Source of the DNA: a virus
Length of the DNA: 64,000 nt
Strand: one strand, 5' to 3'
IMG/VR virus record: IMGVR_UViG_3300030365_000081
Coordinates: 87,625-151,624 of that record
In this document: piece after piece, positions 8,574 through 18,161 of the stretch
How positions within the stretch are numbered: position 1 is the first letter of the stretch
Layout of the letters: the number at the start of each line of letters is the position of its first letter
Translations under genes and position numbers: made by a program
Notes under the pieces: model-generated
What the model was told of the DNA's origin: nothing
Databases searched by the model: none
The model's input: the letters and a program-made list of their open reading frames with translations, nothing else

Positions 8574-10439
8574 GTGGGATATTTGAATAACGCGGGGTTG
8601 AGCTACTTTTTTGGCAAGCTGAAAACCATTTTTGCGCCCATTAGCCACGGGCACGGGGGAGCTACACAGAGCGAGGCTGGCTTTATGAGCGCAGCCGATA
8701 AGAAAAAATTGGATGGGATTGCCGAGGGGGCGAACAAATACAGCCTGCCCACGGCGACCAGCAGTGTGTTGGGCGGCGTGAAAATCGGAGCAAACATTAT
8801 GAACAGTTCCGGTATACTTAGTGTGACAAAAGCAAACGTAACAGATGCGCTGGGATTTGTTCCGCCGACAGAGAACACCTGGCGTGATGTTGTGGACGAA
8901 TTAACCAGTACGGCAACGGATAAGAGCTTGAGTGCAAACCAGGGCAAGATCCTAAACGAAAGAAAAGTAACCATTCGGAGTTGGGACGCAAAGGTCCAGT
9001 GTGCAACATGGTGCAGACTCTGCTATGTAACACGAGCTATGGACATAACGGGAAGTTCTTTTATTTTGAATGTTGCAGGAACACGCGACAATGTTGTTTA
9101 CGATGACACGTTTGTTATAAAAGCGCACTATTTCAGTAAAGCAAAGATTACAAAAATTTCTGGATGCAATCACTCTTCGGTTAAGCTCCGTGTGGTTTCT
9201 AATTCAGGCGGAAATTGTTATGTTGAATTATACGATGATGCGGCAAGCGCTACAAATGCTACGGCCCAAACTGTACATTGCCGTTTAATTTCTATTTATA
9301 CGGGATCGGTTACTTGGTATACCGCTATTACGGACGGAACTACACTGCCCAGTGATTTTTCGGTAAGCGATTCAATGACCACAGATCAAAACGGTCTACA
9401 GGGAAGTTTATCTTGGTTAAATATTACGGACAGGCCTTGGACATTTACGCCGAGTCCCCATAACCACAAAGTTGCGGACATTACAGATTTTCCGGCACTG
9501 GGAACGGCATCTGGTAAGAATATTCGGACTTTGGTCAATGTAGGAACCAGCGGTTGGCAAAGTACAGCAGTTGACCAGCAGTATGTACCGGATATGAGCC
9601 TTATTTCAAACTGGAACGGTGCTTACAGCGGGACAAAATCTAACCTGGCGTACTGCAATAAAGGTGCATTTGGCACGATTATAACCAAAAATGTTAGCGA
9701 CTATGCTTTAGCTGGACACACCCATACCTGGGACAGTGTAACAGATAAGCCGAGTACTTTTACACCAAGCAGCCATACGCATGGAGTAATTAAATCCCTA
9801 AGCGTGAGTGGCACGACTATTACATGCACAAAAGATGACGGTACGACCAGCACAATTACAACTCAAGACACGAACACAACCTATAACGTATTTAAGGGAG
9901 CTACTACCAGCGAGGCGGGAAGTACCGGCCTGGTGACTGCACCGGCTGCAGGCAATGCGAACCGATATTTGCGCAGCGATGGAACCTGGGCGGTACCGCC
10001 GGATACGAATACAACTTATGGCGTATTTAGTGCTGCCACAGCGGATGCTGCAGGCGGCACAGGACTGGTCCCGGCACCGGGCATGGGGCAGCAGACGTAT
10101 TATTTGCGTGCAGATGGTACTTGGGCCGTACCGACAAATACCTGGCGCGGCATCCAGGACAATTTAACTTCGACCTCCGCTACAGATTCCCTAAGTGCAA
10201 ACCAAGGTAAGGTACTGAAAGGATTGATTGACGGCAAGGCAGCCAGTAACCACACCCACAACTATGCCGGGTCTAGTAGCGCGGGCGGAGCTGCAACCAT
10301 TGCCAACAAATTAACTCACAGCCTACTGATTAGCATGAACGGGACAAACCAGTTTGACTGGAATGCCAGCGAAGACAAATTTATTGATATTACAGCGGCC
10401 AGTGTTGGTGCAACCAGCGTGACAATTAGAAGGTGGTGA
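8574..10439 (+). CDS. tail fibre protein (large, repeat-containing)
   Basis: 621 aa. N-terminal GGATQSEAGFMSAADKKKLDGI and later TTSEAGSTGLVTAP / AAGGTGLVPAPG repeats typical of fibre shafts. Confidence 0.5.
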   Translation: MGYLNNAGLSYFFGKLKTIFAPISHGHGGATQSEAGFMSAADKKKLDGIAEGANKYSLPTATSSVLGGVKIGANIMNSSGILSVTKANVTDALGFVPPTENTWRDVVDELTSTATDKSLSANQGKILNERKVTIRSWDAKVQCATWCRLCYVTRAMDITGSSFILNVAGTRDNVVYDDTFVIKAHYFSKAKITKISGCNHSSVKLRVVSNSGGNCYVELYDDAASATNATAQTVHCRLISIYTGSVTWYTAITDGTTLPSDFSVSDSMTTDQNGLQGSLSWLNITDRPWTFTPSPHNHKVADITDFPALGTASGKNIRTLVNVGTSGWQSTAVDQQYVPDMSLISNWNGAYSGTKSNLAYCNKGAFGTIITKNVSDYALAGHTHTWDSVTDKPSTFTPSSHTHGVIKSLSVSGTTITCTKDDGTTSTITTQDTNTTYNVFKGATTSEAGSTGLVTAPAAGNANRYLRSDGTWAVPPDTNTTYGVFSAATADAAGGTGLVPAPGMGQQTYYLRADGTWAVPTNTWRGIQDNLTSTSATDSLSANQGKVLKGLIDGKAASNHTHNYAGSSSAGGAATIANKLTHSLLISMNGTNQFDWNASEDKFIDITAASVGATSVTIRRW

Positions 10440-10444
10440 TTTTT

Positions 10445-11665
10445 ATGGGAGTTTATTTAGGAAGTACCGCAGTAGATATGCAGAGCGGTATTAGCAACAG
10501 TGCAGTTTCGACACAGAGTTCTGTATACGCCAAGCTTAAAGCAGCGGCAGTTAAAGGACCTGCTGCGGTAAGTTTTATTGATGACGACTGCCGGAAAGAG
10601 ACTTATACAGTTTTGTGGCCGGTAATCCAAGCGAAGAAGATCCCGTATGGATTAGCGTGCCCGCCCAGCCATATTGGGAAAAGCAATTACATGACAAAAG
10701 ACCAGCTGATGACTATGATAAATGGCGGGTGCGATATTTTGAGCCACCACTTGAAAGAATATGCCATGACACAGTTTGATACGGCAGAAGCATATGAAGA
10801 AGATGTTCAGAAAGCTACAGATGCTTTTACTGCGCTGGGTATTTATGATGTAAAAGGTGTGGCTTACCCCAATGGATACCGGGTGGACGAGTATATGCCA
10901 GTAGTGCGAAAGCATTTTGATATGGGGTTTACGGTGGACCGTGGCATCAATACCTTGCCGATGGAAAGCTGTTACATGAAGCGGTGCGAAGTGTTCCCTA
11001 CGAGTGGGACCTACACTTTGGATGATGCAAAGAAATTGGTGGACAGTGTTGCCGCAGATGGCGGATGGCTGATTTTTATGACCCACGCATGGTATACGAC
11101 GTTCAACGCTGACGATTTAGAGAGCTTGATTGATTACGTTAATGCCAAGGGTGTTGACATTGTTGGTCCTAACGAAGGAATGGAAAGTTTTGGCAACATC
11201 ATTGACATCGGATATGCCAAGAAACCACTCAAAGCAATGAGCACGCCGTACTACATTGTGGATTGCATGGGCAGAGTATACGCCAATACCTGGAATTATA
11301 CCCAGATGAGCACATCGACACGAACCGAGCTGAACTTGCCGTACCACACCGGATACACGCTGACCACGAGCGGAACAACCAAGAGCAACAGTGATGTGAA
11401 ACGTATTATTACGGACAAGATTACTGCGGCTGCTGGGGAAAAATATGTTTTCTGTAGCTTGAGTGCAAAGTATGGCAACTGTTTCTATGTTATTTACAAT
11501 TCCAGTAACACTGCGTTGGCCTACAAGGCAACAAGTGCATCCAGCACGGGTGAAACGCTGGACGAGTTTGAGATAACGATGCCGGCGAATACGGCGTATT
11601 TCCGTTTGGCATGTGACCTTGGTGTGAATGACGATATGTTTAAGGCATATAAGGTTACGGAATAA
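10445..11665 (+). CDS. polysaccharide deacetylase (CE4/NodB-like) domain protein, tail-associated
   Basis: FIDDDCRKE (TFDDG-like) and ILSHHLKEY (His pair) motifs. RBS aggtgg 8 nt before ATG at about 10445 (track start 10433). Sits in the fibre module, so likely a receptor-modifying enzyme. Confidence 0.4.
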   Translation: MGVYLGSTAVDMQSGISNSAVSTQSSVYAKLKAAAVKGPAAVSFIDDDCRKETYTVLWPVIQAKKIPYGLACPPSHIGKSNYMTKDQLMTMINGGCDILSHHLKEYAMTQFDTAEAYEEDVQKATDAFTALGIYDVKGVAYPNGYRVDEYMPVVRKHFDMGFTVDRGINTLPMESCYMKRCEVFPTSGTYTLDDAKKLVDSVAADGGWLIFMTHAWYTTFNADDLESLIDYVNAKGVDIVGPNEGMESFGNIIDIGYAKKPLKAMSTPYYIVDCMGRVYANTWNYTQMSTSTRTELNLPYHTGYTLTTSGTTKSNSDVKRIITDKITAAAGEKYVFCSLSAKYGNCFYVIYNSSNTALAYKATSASSTGETLDEFEITMPANTAYFRLACDLGVNDDMFKAYKVTE

Positions 11666-11683
11666 AGATACGAGCAATATGGC

Positions 11684-11726
11684 CGCTGTGATTTGTAGTC
11701 ATGGCGGCTATTTTTTGCTTTTTTAT
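11684..11726 (+). terminator. putative terminator hairpin + T-run
   Basis: atggccgc tgtgatttgtagtc atggcggc followed by tattttttgctttttt. Confidence 0.4.
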
Positions 11727-11754
11727 ACAGATAGGAGTATTTTTATGGCAACTG

Positions 11755-12902
11755 ATACAAAACTGGACAGTTTGGTGATTAACTACCTGACGCAAAGCCA
11801 GTATGACAATGCGAAAAGTTCTGGAACATTGAACGCAAACCAGATTTATATGACACCGGCAACGACATATACACTGCCTACGGCTACAAGTTCTACCTTG
11901 GGCGGGGTAAAGATTGGCAGTAACATTAGCATTAGTAACGGGAGTGTTAGCGTACCAGAAGCCGATGTTTCGGTAAAAGGTGTTGTAACAATTTGGAGGT
12001 CTGTTGAGGCTGGATATACTGACGATCGGGTTCCGACTATGAATGCTGTATATAAGTGTATAGCTGCAAACAAGGTGAGCGATGCGTATAACAATACAAG
12101 AACTACAAATGCAGAAGGAATTGACGTTACCCATGGGGAAACCGCCAATAAACTTGGAGTTGTGGGTATAGACCATTGTGTGATCGCCGGAGAGCACCAC
12201 CCCTTAGGAGCGATTAAAGGTTCTGTTGGTTCAATAAACCTAGGATATACTGCCCCACATACAGCAGATGGAGCTATTATTGGTGGATATTATAGTTCTG
12301 ATTCATATGCCAATAATGAAAATAAAATTTTTACATTAGGAAATGGATCTTCTTCCGCTTCTAGTAATTGCTTTTATGTTACCACCACAGGGAATGTGCA
12401 TACAGCGGGGACTGTAGCATCTTCTGGTGCTGACTACGCAGAATATTTTGAATGGTTAGATGCTAATGCCAATAAGGAAGATCGCAGAGGACTATTTGTA
12501 ACTTTAGATGGAGATAAAATCAGATTAGCTTCCAAAGAGGATCATTATGTTCTTGGTATAATTTCTGGCAATCCTACAGTTATCGGTGATGGTGCAGATA
12601 TTCAATGGCATAATCAATATAAGCGTGATATATTCGGATCTTACATTCATTCAGATGACACATACAATCATCTTGTATTGAATCCTGACTATAACCCTAA
12701 TAAAAAATATATTTCTAGGTCTGATAGACCCGAATGGGACCCCGTTGGCCTTATGGGTAAACTTATTTGTGTTGATGACGGCACTTGTGAAGTAAATGGT
12801 TATTGTTACCCTTCCTCTAATGGCATTGGAACAAAAGCGAAAACCGGATACCGCGTGATGGAACGATTGGATGAAAACCACATCAGGGTACTTGTGAAAT
12901 GA
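11755..12902 (+). CDS. tail fibre protein with AT-rich distal (receptor-binding) module
   Basis: Track ORF 11628..12902. Start taken at ATG about 11755 (MATDTKLDSL...) after taggag RBS. N-terminus shares the ...PTATSSTLGGVKIG... motif with the 8574 gene. C-terminal half is markedly AT-rich. Confidence 0.5.
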
Positions 12903-12987
12903 GGTGAGATTATTAACTAAGCTAAAATAACCGTGAAGCAAAATTACTTTACAATACGATGGAATGTTAAAAGGAGGCTGATGGAAG

Positions 12988-13740
12988 ATGCGGCTGAAAA
13001 ATGGAGAGGTGTGTTTTGGGTGGCCATTGGCACAGCATGTGATTACGGCTGGCTGGAAATATAACAGTGGGGCGCTGCACAGGGCAATCGACTTCCGCGC
13101 TTTGGTGGGAACACCGGTGTTTGCGGCGGAAGATGGAACGGTGCGCGTGGTTTACCATTGGAATGGGCGAGTGACCCAGGGCGACACCAACAGTTATGGC
13201 AATATGGTGAAGATTGAGCATACGGCGTATAAAGGCGGCAAGCTGGAAACGTTGTATGCTCATTTGAATTCTATCACGGTGAAGGTTGGACAGAAGGTGA
13301 AAACCGGCGAAGTGATTGGCTACAGTGGCCAGACCGGCAACTGTTTTGGTGCCCATTTGCACTTTGAGGTGCGCTGGAAAGGTGTGCGCGAGAACCCGCT
13401 ATGTTGGCTGGATGATGACTTTAAGCCGGCCAGCAGCGGTGTGATTTTGTGGGCCAATGCAAACCAGCACAGTGTACAGGTGGACAAGCAGGAAGCGGTT
13501 GAGGAGTCGAAGGTTGAACCGGCAGTGAAAAAGACTGTGACAAAAGCCATTACCCTGAACAACGGCAAATGGAATGTGCGCAAGGGTGCCGGAATGCAGT
13601 ACCAGTCCGTTGGAGTGATCAGCAGCCCGGATGCCAAGACCGGCAAGCCTGTTTGCATTGGATATGATACGGTCGTGAACGGCTGGTTCAAAACGGTTTA
13701 TGGTTATATCAGCCAAAAAGCGGTGAAGAGCCATACCTGA
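12988..13740 (+). CDS. endolysin: M23 (LytM) peptidase domain + SH3b cell-wall-binding domain
   Basis: HRAIDFRA...HLHFEV M23 signature (HxxxD ... HxH). C-terminal SH3-like region. aaggagg RBS. Confidence 0.7.
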   Translation: MRLKNGEVCFGWPLAQHVITAGWKYNSGALHRAIDFRALVGTPVFAAEDGTVRVVYHWNGRVTQGDTNSYGNMVKIEHTAYKGGKLETLYAHLNSITVKVGQKVKTGEVIGYSGQTGNCFGAHLHFEVRWKGVRENPLCWLDDDFKPASSGVILWANANQHSVQVDKQEAVEESKVEPAVKKTVTKAITLNNGKWNVRKGAGMQYQSVGVISSPDAKTGKPVCIGYDTVVNGWFKTVYGYISQKAVKSHT

Positions 13741-13764
13741 GTGCCGCCAAAGCAGGTGATTTTT

Positions 13765-14067
13765 ATGAAGGAAAACTGGAGCCTGATGAGGTTCAGCAAA
13801 AAGATTATTGTTTTTACAATGGGCGCAACGATTGTTTACGCGATTGTATACATGATCCTGTGTTTTAGGACCGGACAGTTACCGGAATCATCTTTTAATA
13901 TTGGTCTGTTTGCGGCAATGAGTGCAGAGAATTTGTGTAACGCCTGGATTAAGGTGAGGGAAAAAGTAGCGGAAGAAGAAAAAACAGAGGGTGACAATGC
14001 GCCCCCTGGTGATGAAATTTTTACGCCGATTGATGAGACAAGTGAAACGGAAGAGATTGGAGGTTAG
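13765..14067 (+). CDS. holin-like small membrane protein
   Basis: MKENWSLMRFSKKIIVFTMGATIVYAIVYMILCF...: two hydrophobic helices plus acidic C-terminus. Directly downstream of endolysin (track ORF from 13741). Confidence 0.4.
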   Translation: MKENWSLMRFSKKIIVFTMGATIVYAIVYMILCFRTGQLPESSFNIGLFAAMSAENLCNAWIKVREKVAEEEKTEGDNAPPGDEIFTPIDETSETEEIGG

Positions 14068-14069
14068 GT

Positions 14070-14426
14070 ATGGAACAGGGAATTGTATATATTGTGATGG
14101 GCCTGGTTTGCGTGATTGCTTTTATGGTTGGTAAATATGTGCTGCCGAACGCCCAGGAGACAGTAAACAAAGCGCTGAACCTGTTGAGCGGCTACCCGCT
14201 GTTGATGCAGTGGGGGTTAAGCGCCTGTAAATATATCAAGCAATATTTTAACGATATTTCCGGCGAGGAAAAGAACAGACGCGCCGCAGAACTGATTATG
14301 GAAGTGGCCAAGCAGGCCGGCGTTACCATTACAGAGGAGCAGGCGCGTGCGATTGCCCAGGCGGCTTACGAGCAGATGAAGGCGGGTGAGGCTGCTGCCG
14401 GAGAGAAGGTGAACGCAGATGCCTAA
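14070..14426 (+). CDS. holin (LL-H/phi-LC3-like class)
   Basis: 118 aa. N-terminal TM (GIVYIVMGLVCVIAFMV) followed by hydrophilic domain. Confidence 0.45.
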   Translation: MEQGIVYIVMGLVCVIAFMVGKYVLPNAQETVNKALNLLSGYPLLMQWGLSACKYIKQYFNDISGEEKNRRAAELIMEVAKQAGVTITEEQARAIAQAAYEQMKAGEAAAGEKVNADA

Positions 14427-14793
14427 CCCGGTATTTACATTTACGGCGCAGGACATACTGATGCTGGTGCTTTCAGCTTGTGCGGCGGTGGTTAGTATTT
14501 CGAATGCGATTGCCCAGGGGGTTAAGTTCAACAACTTTTTGAAAAAGCCAAACAGAGATCAGGATGCCCGGATGGACAAGATTGAAGAGCGGCTGAAAAC
14601 GGTGGAAGGGCGCTGCGACACGTTTGACAAACAGTTGGATGGTGTGAAGAAGCACCTGAATAGCCTGGATGAAAGCATTAACATGCTGCTGCGGGCAGAA
14701 TTTGCACAGCTGGGGCACAACCTGAACGGCGACAATGTGGAGCAGATGCAGCGAGCATTTGATGATATACAGGAGTTTTTGTTTAAGCGTTAA
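14419..14793 (+). CDS. lysis-associated membrane/coiled-coil protein (holin or spanin-like)
   Basis: 124 aa. N-terminal TM (ILMLVLSACAAVVSISNAIA) then coiled-coil. Overlaps previous gene end. Confidence 0.4.
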   Translation: MPNPVFTFTAQDILMLVLSACAAVVSISNAIAQGVKFNNFLKKPNRDQDARMDKIEERLKTVEGRCDTFDKQLDGVKKHLNSLDESINMLLRAEFAQLGHNLNGDNVEQMQRAFDDIQEFLFKR

Positions 14794-14795
14794 GG

Positions 14796-14824
14796 TTGAC
14801 AGCGAACAACATGTGGTATATAAT
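14796..14824 (+). promoter_or_regulatory. strong sigma70-type promoter (TTGACA-17-TATAAT)
   Basis: ttgaca gcgaacaacatgtggta tataat immediately after the lysis cassette. Confidence 0.55.
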
Positions 14825-14830
14825 ACAAAT

Positions 14831-14957
14831 AGAGGATTGAAGCTCTTAATAAGCGAACACCTCAGTTAGCTACAAATGAACCAAATACATCTGCTACAAT
14901 GTACCCAGTTCAGATGAGGCCGCCTAAGTGCTAGTTAGGTAGCCTCATTTCTTTTTA
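14831..14957 (+). ncRNA. candidate small non-coding RNA (~125 nt)
   Basis: Perfect-consensus promoter followed within ~125 nt by a Rho-independent terminator (gatgaggc..gcctcat + tttcttttt). No RBS-preceded ORF in the interval. Confidence 0.35.
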
Positions 14958-15032
14958 CGGCCAAAATAAATGGCCACAAAAACGCCAGTCCATGTACGAT
15001 ATGGCAAAACATTACGCTGTTATACAAACAGG

Positions 15033-15081
15033 AATAGGGAGTCCCTTTGGTTTGAAACCTTAGGTGCTCCCTATTTTTTAG
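15033..15081 (+). terminator. second Rho-independent terminator
   Basis: aatagggag tccctttggtttgaaaccttaggtg ctccctatt + tttttag. Confidence 0.5.
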
Positions 15082-15609
15082 CAGGGTGGAAGTATCAATA
15101 CAGTTCAGAGACAGAAAGAACTTTGGCGGGAAGATCCTCGCGCTTGCCGGATGGGGTTGGTGTGGAGATCTTGATGATTTTATTGGGTTCCCTATATTTC
15201 GCTAAATTAAGCTTTAGCGAAGTTGACGGTTATTTCTTGTTCTTTTTGTATTCGGCCATTGCGTCTGCCAGGCGCTGTTCCCAACCGGCGTTGTCGTCTA
15301 AAAATTTATTGTAAAGAATTTCTTCGGCTTCTTTTCTGGCAGCGGCTGCGTCTTTTAGATTGGTGAAGAAGCCAAGGTGTGGGTACGAATACAATAGGCA
15401 GGTTGCACAAAGTTATGCCCAAGAATGTGTACGCGGTTGCTATTTGGTTGACGGGATTGATTTTTGTTGAATTGCCGGCATGTGGGGTGTATACTTTTTG
15501 GTATATGGGTTTATGGGGTGTGAAACCGAGAAAACGGCCAATATGAACGGTTTATGAATTGATAGATGATACATGCGACAAGATTGAATCCGGCCGGTGC
15601 TGGCTGCTG

Positions 15610-16310
15610 CAGCTATTACGAGTTTGTTTTACGCCGAAAACTGCAAAAAAATCAAACCCTCTCCCCTGCTGCCGATTGATGGATAGAGCATTTAGAGCTG
15701 AACTACGAGTTTCTTTTACGGTGAAAAAGCGCAAAAAATACCGATTGTAATAAAGCCAGGATGGTATGGATAGGCGGCGCATGGCAGGACTTGAAGTTGA
15801 TTTATGACCATCCATAGCCAGAATTACGAGTTTGTTTGACCAAAAGATTGAAAAAATATGGTTCAGACGGCTAGATATAGATGGTTGATGCAGCGCAATG
15901 AACTACGATTTTGTTTGATTTGAAAAGGCGTAAAAAAATAAGGAGCGGGACCACTCCCCTACCCTATCCGTTTGGCTTAAAACTACGAGTTTGTTTGACG
16001 AAAAGCGCAGGAAATAAAAAAATTAACGTGGATTACGAGATTGTTTGATGCGAACTACGAGATTTTTTGACGGCAATTACGAGATTGTTTGACAGCAAAA
16101 AGCAGGATTTTGCGTAAAAGAAACTCGTAGCAGGAATAAAAGAAACTCGTATCCAGTATAAAAGAAACTCGTATGTAGAATAAAAGAACCTCGCAGCTTG
16201 TGTAAAAGAAACTCGCAATATACCTTATATAATATAAATATAAAATATAAATAATAAATAATAATAAGCGCAAAAAATTTTACTACGAGTTTTGTTTTGA
16301 AGAAAAGCGC
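15610..16310. repeat. replication origin: ~9 direct + ~5 inverted iterons (TACGAGTTTGTTTGAC-like), A-tract motifs and AT-rich DUE
   Basis: Direct copies at about 15617, 15704, 15824, 15904, 15983, 16033, 16056, 16078 and 16282. Inverted copies (aaaagaaactcgta) at about 16115-16215. Recurrent gaaaagcgcaaaaaa spacers. Run tatataatataaatataaaatataaataataaataataata at about 16225-16265. Sits upstream of the Rep initiator gene. Confidence 0.65.
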
Positions 16311-16440
16311 AAAAAAATCAGGCTTGACGAGCGGATAAAAATAGGGTAAGATAAAGATATAATGCGTTAGGTATACCCACCTGTGCGATGCGATACATAC
16401 ACTGTGATTTGGAGGTTGAGCTTGACATGGCGGACAGGCT

Positions 16441-17994
16441 ATGCGGGCGAACAGAATAATGAAAGACCAAAAAGTAAACCGTGCAGGCACAGGAACGGCG
16501 ATTACCGGAGAGGTTATGACGGACGAAGAGGTTAAGGCGAAAAAGGAGCAGGAAAATAAGAGCGGCTCCCCTTTTGCCGTTGGATCTTACATCACCAAGA
16601 GCAATGACCTGATCCAGAAGACCAAATATTCTCTGCCGCGCAACGAACAGAAAATTTTGTTCATGCTGCTTTCCAAGATTGACCAGAAAAATGACACGGA
16701 TGCTTCGAAGTATTACACGATTACGTTCAGCGACTTTTCAAAGCTGACAGGTGTGAATGCGGAAAAGCCGGCCTATGTGGCATATTTGCAGCACACGATT
16801 GAAAATTTGGAGAACCGGACATTTTGGGTGCCGATTGCCCCGACCAAGTACAAGAGCATGAGCTGGGTACGCAAAGGTTCGATTATTGATACTGATGGGA
16901 AAACCATCAGTATGCGGTTCAATGAGGACATTTGGAAAGACATTGCCCAGCTGACAAGCAACTACACATCTTACAGCATTGAATACCTGCTGATGATGCA
17001 GAGCACCTATTCCATGCGGGTGTATGAAATTATCTTATCTTATGATAACGGCAACCGGGACTACGAATATGCCAATGGGCTGGTGTTTGAGCCGGTGACG
17101 GACGAGGTGCTGGGGATGTTCCCCGCCAAGCGGAGCCAGCTGCGCGGATACAAGTATAAAAAGTTTGGCATTGATGATTTCAAAAACCTGCTGTCTGTAC
17201 CGACCAAAGAAGAGCGCGGTATGAACCGCAAAAAATCCGATGTGGATAACAAGTATGACCGCGAAAAACCGTTGACAGAAAAGTACCCGAATTTTTCAGA
17301 CTTTGAACGCAATGTTTTGAAGCTGGTGAAAAATGAAATCAACGAGATGACAGACCTGTGGTTTGATTATGAGCCGGTACGAACCAAAGGCGTGCGGAAA
17401 TACACCCATCTGTATATCTTTATCAAGTACAAATCACGCAAAGAGATGGAGAAGGTACGGGCGTTTTTGAGCGCAAACCAGCGCAGCGACCAGGAGGTGG
17501 CACGCCAACAAAAGGCGAAGAAACAAGCTGTGTTGGCGGCTGAAACCGGAGAGGTCTCTCCCCTGCCCCCGGCTGTGATGAGAATGACGTTCCGCAAGGC
17601 GCGGGGCGAGATAGAAGACCGGGCTGGCTATGCGGGCTACAAAAAGGAGCTGACCGTAGAAGAGCGGAATGTTTTGGCAAATGTGTTTACTTATGCGGCC
17701 AAGATATTGACCAACCAGAACAAACAAGACCAGGCTGAAGAGACACTGGAAGCGCTGAACGGAATCATCCAAAATAACCATGGGCTGAAAAGCTGGGCGT
17801 TGGGTGAACTGGAGAAGTTTAACGTGATGCTGAGGCAGGATGTGGAAAAGAAATCCGCCCAGTATTACCGCACGGTGGTGTACAGTGACATTGTAGAAAA
17901 TTCCGCCACGATCATTGAAAGCGGAAAACGACGGATGGGACAGGACGGCAAAGAGCCGATGTTCCGACTGGATGAAACAACATTTGAAGAATAA
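16441..17994 (+). CDS. replication initiator protein (RepA_N-like, iteron-binding)
   Basis: 517-aa ORF immediately downstream of the iteron array. N-terminal region (...SYITKSNDLIQKTKYSLPRNEQKILFMLLSKIDQ...TITFSDFSKLTG...) resembles Gram-positive RepA_N plasmid initiators. C-terminal Lys/Glu-rich region. Confidence 0.55.
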   Translation: MRANRIMKDQKVNRAGTGTAITGEVMTDEEVKAKKEQENKSGSPFAVGSYITKSNDLIQKTKYSLPRNEQKILFMLLSKIDQKNDTDASKYYTITFSDFSKLTGVNAEKPAYVAYLQHTIENLENRTFWVPIAPTKYKSMSWVRKGSIIDTDGKTISMRFNEDIWKDIAQLTSNYTSYSIEYLLMMQSTYSMRVYEIILSYDNGNRDYEYANGLVFEPVTDEVLGMFPAKRSQLRGYKYKKFGIDDFKNLLSVPTKEERGMNRKKSDVDNKYDREKPLTEKYPNFSDFERNVLKLVKNEINEMTDLWFDYEPVRTKGVRKYTHLYIFIKYKSRKEMEKVRAFLSANQRSDQEVARQQKAKKQAVLAAETGEVSPLPPAVMRMTFRKARGEIEDRAGYAGYKKELTVEERNVLANVFTYAAKILTNQNKQDQAEETLEALNGIIQNNHGLKSWALGELEKFNVMLRQDVEKKSAQYYRTVVYSDIVENSATIIESGKRRMGQDGKEPMFRLDETTFEE

Positions 17995-18000
17995 CCAGGG

Positions 18001-18032
18001 GGAGCTGCTGACGAGGTGGCTCCCCTATTTTT
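18001..18032 (+). terminator. Rho-independent terminator after rep gene
   Basis: ggagctgctgacgaggtggctcccc + tattttt. Confidence 0.5.
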
Positions 18033-18042
18033 AACTATATTA

Positions 18043-18066
18043 CAGCAACAGGAACTTTTGAGTTTG
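18043..18066. repeat. parS-like 24-bp repeat copy 1 (CAGCAACAGGAACTTTTGAGTTTG)
   Basis: Identical 24-mer also at 18121..18144 and 19738..19761 (inside parB). Confidence 0.5.
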
Positions 18067-18083
18067 TCAGATGCTCTACCCCG

Positions 18084-18111
18084 TTGACATTGCCATGAAG
18101 TGTGATATAAT
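18084..18111 (+). promoter_or_regulatory. promoter for parAB flanked by parS-like repeats
   Basis: ttgaca ttgccatgaagtgtga tataat (16-nt spacer) between the two upstream 24-bp repeats. Confidence 0.45.
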
Positions 18112-18120
18112 CAAATTAAA

Positions 18121-18144
18121 CAGCAACAGGAACTTTTGAGTTTG
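18121..18144. repeat. parS-like 24-bp repeat copy 2
   Basis: Identical to 18043..18066. Confidence 0.5.
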
Positions 18145-18161
18145 ACAAGTGAGGGTTAGCT

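Noticed and set aside
14970-15314. 114-aa plus-strand ORF
   Set aside because: - Starts inside a terminator, with no RBS and low-complexity composition.
- Spans two intrinsic terminators.
- Likely spurious.
15610-16310. Regularly spaced short repeats that superficially resemble a CRISPR array
   Set aside because: - Repeats are about 16-22 bp, imperfect, and occur in both orientations.
- Spacers are A-tract motifs of irregular length.
- An AT-rich DUE follows, and a Rep initiator gene lies immediately downstream.
- This is an iteron origin, not CRISPR.
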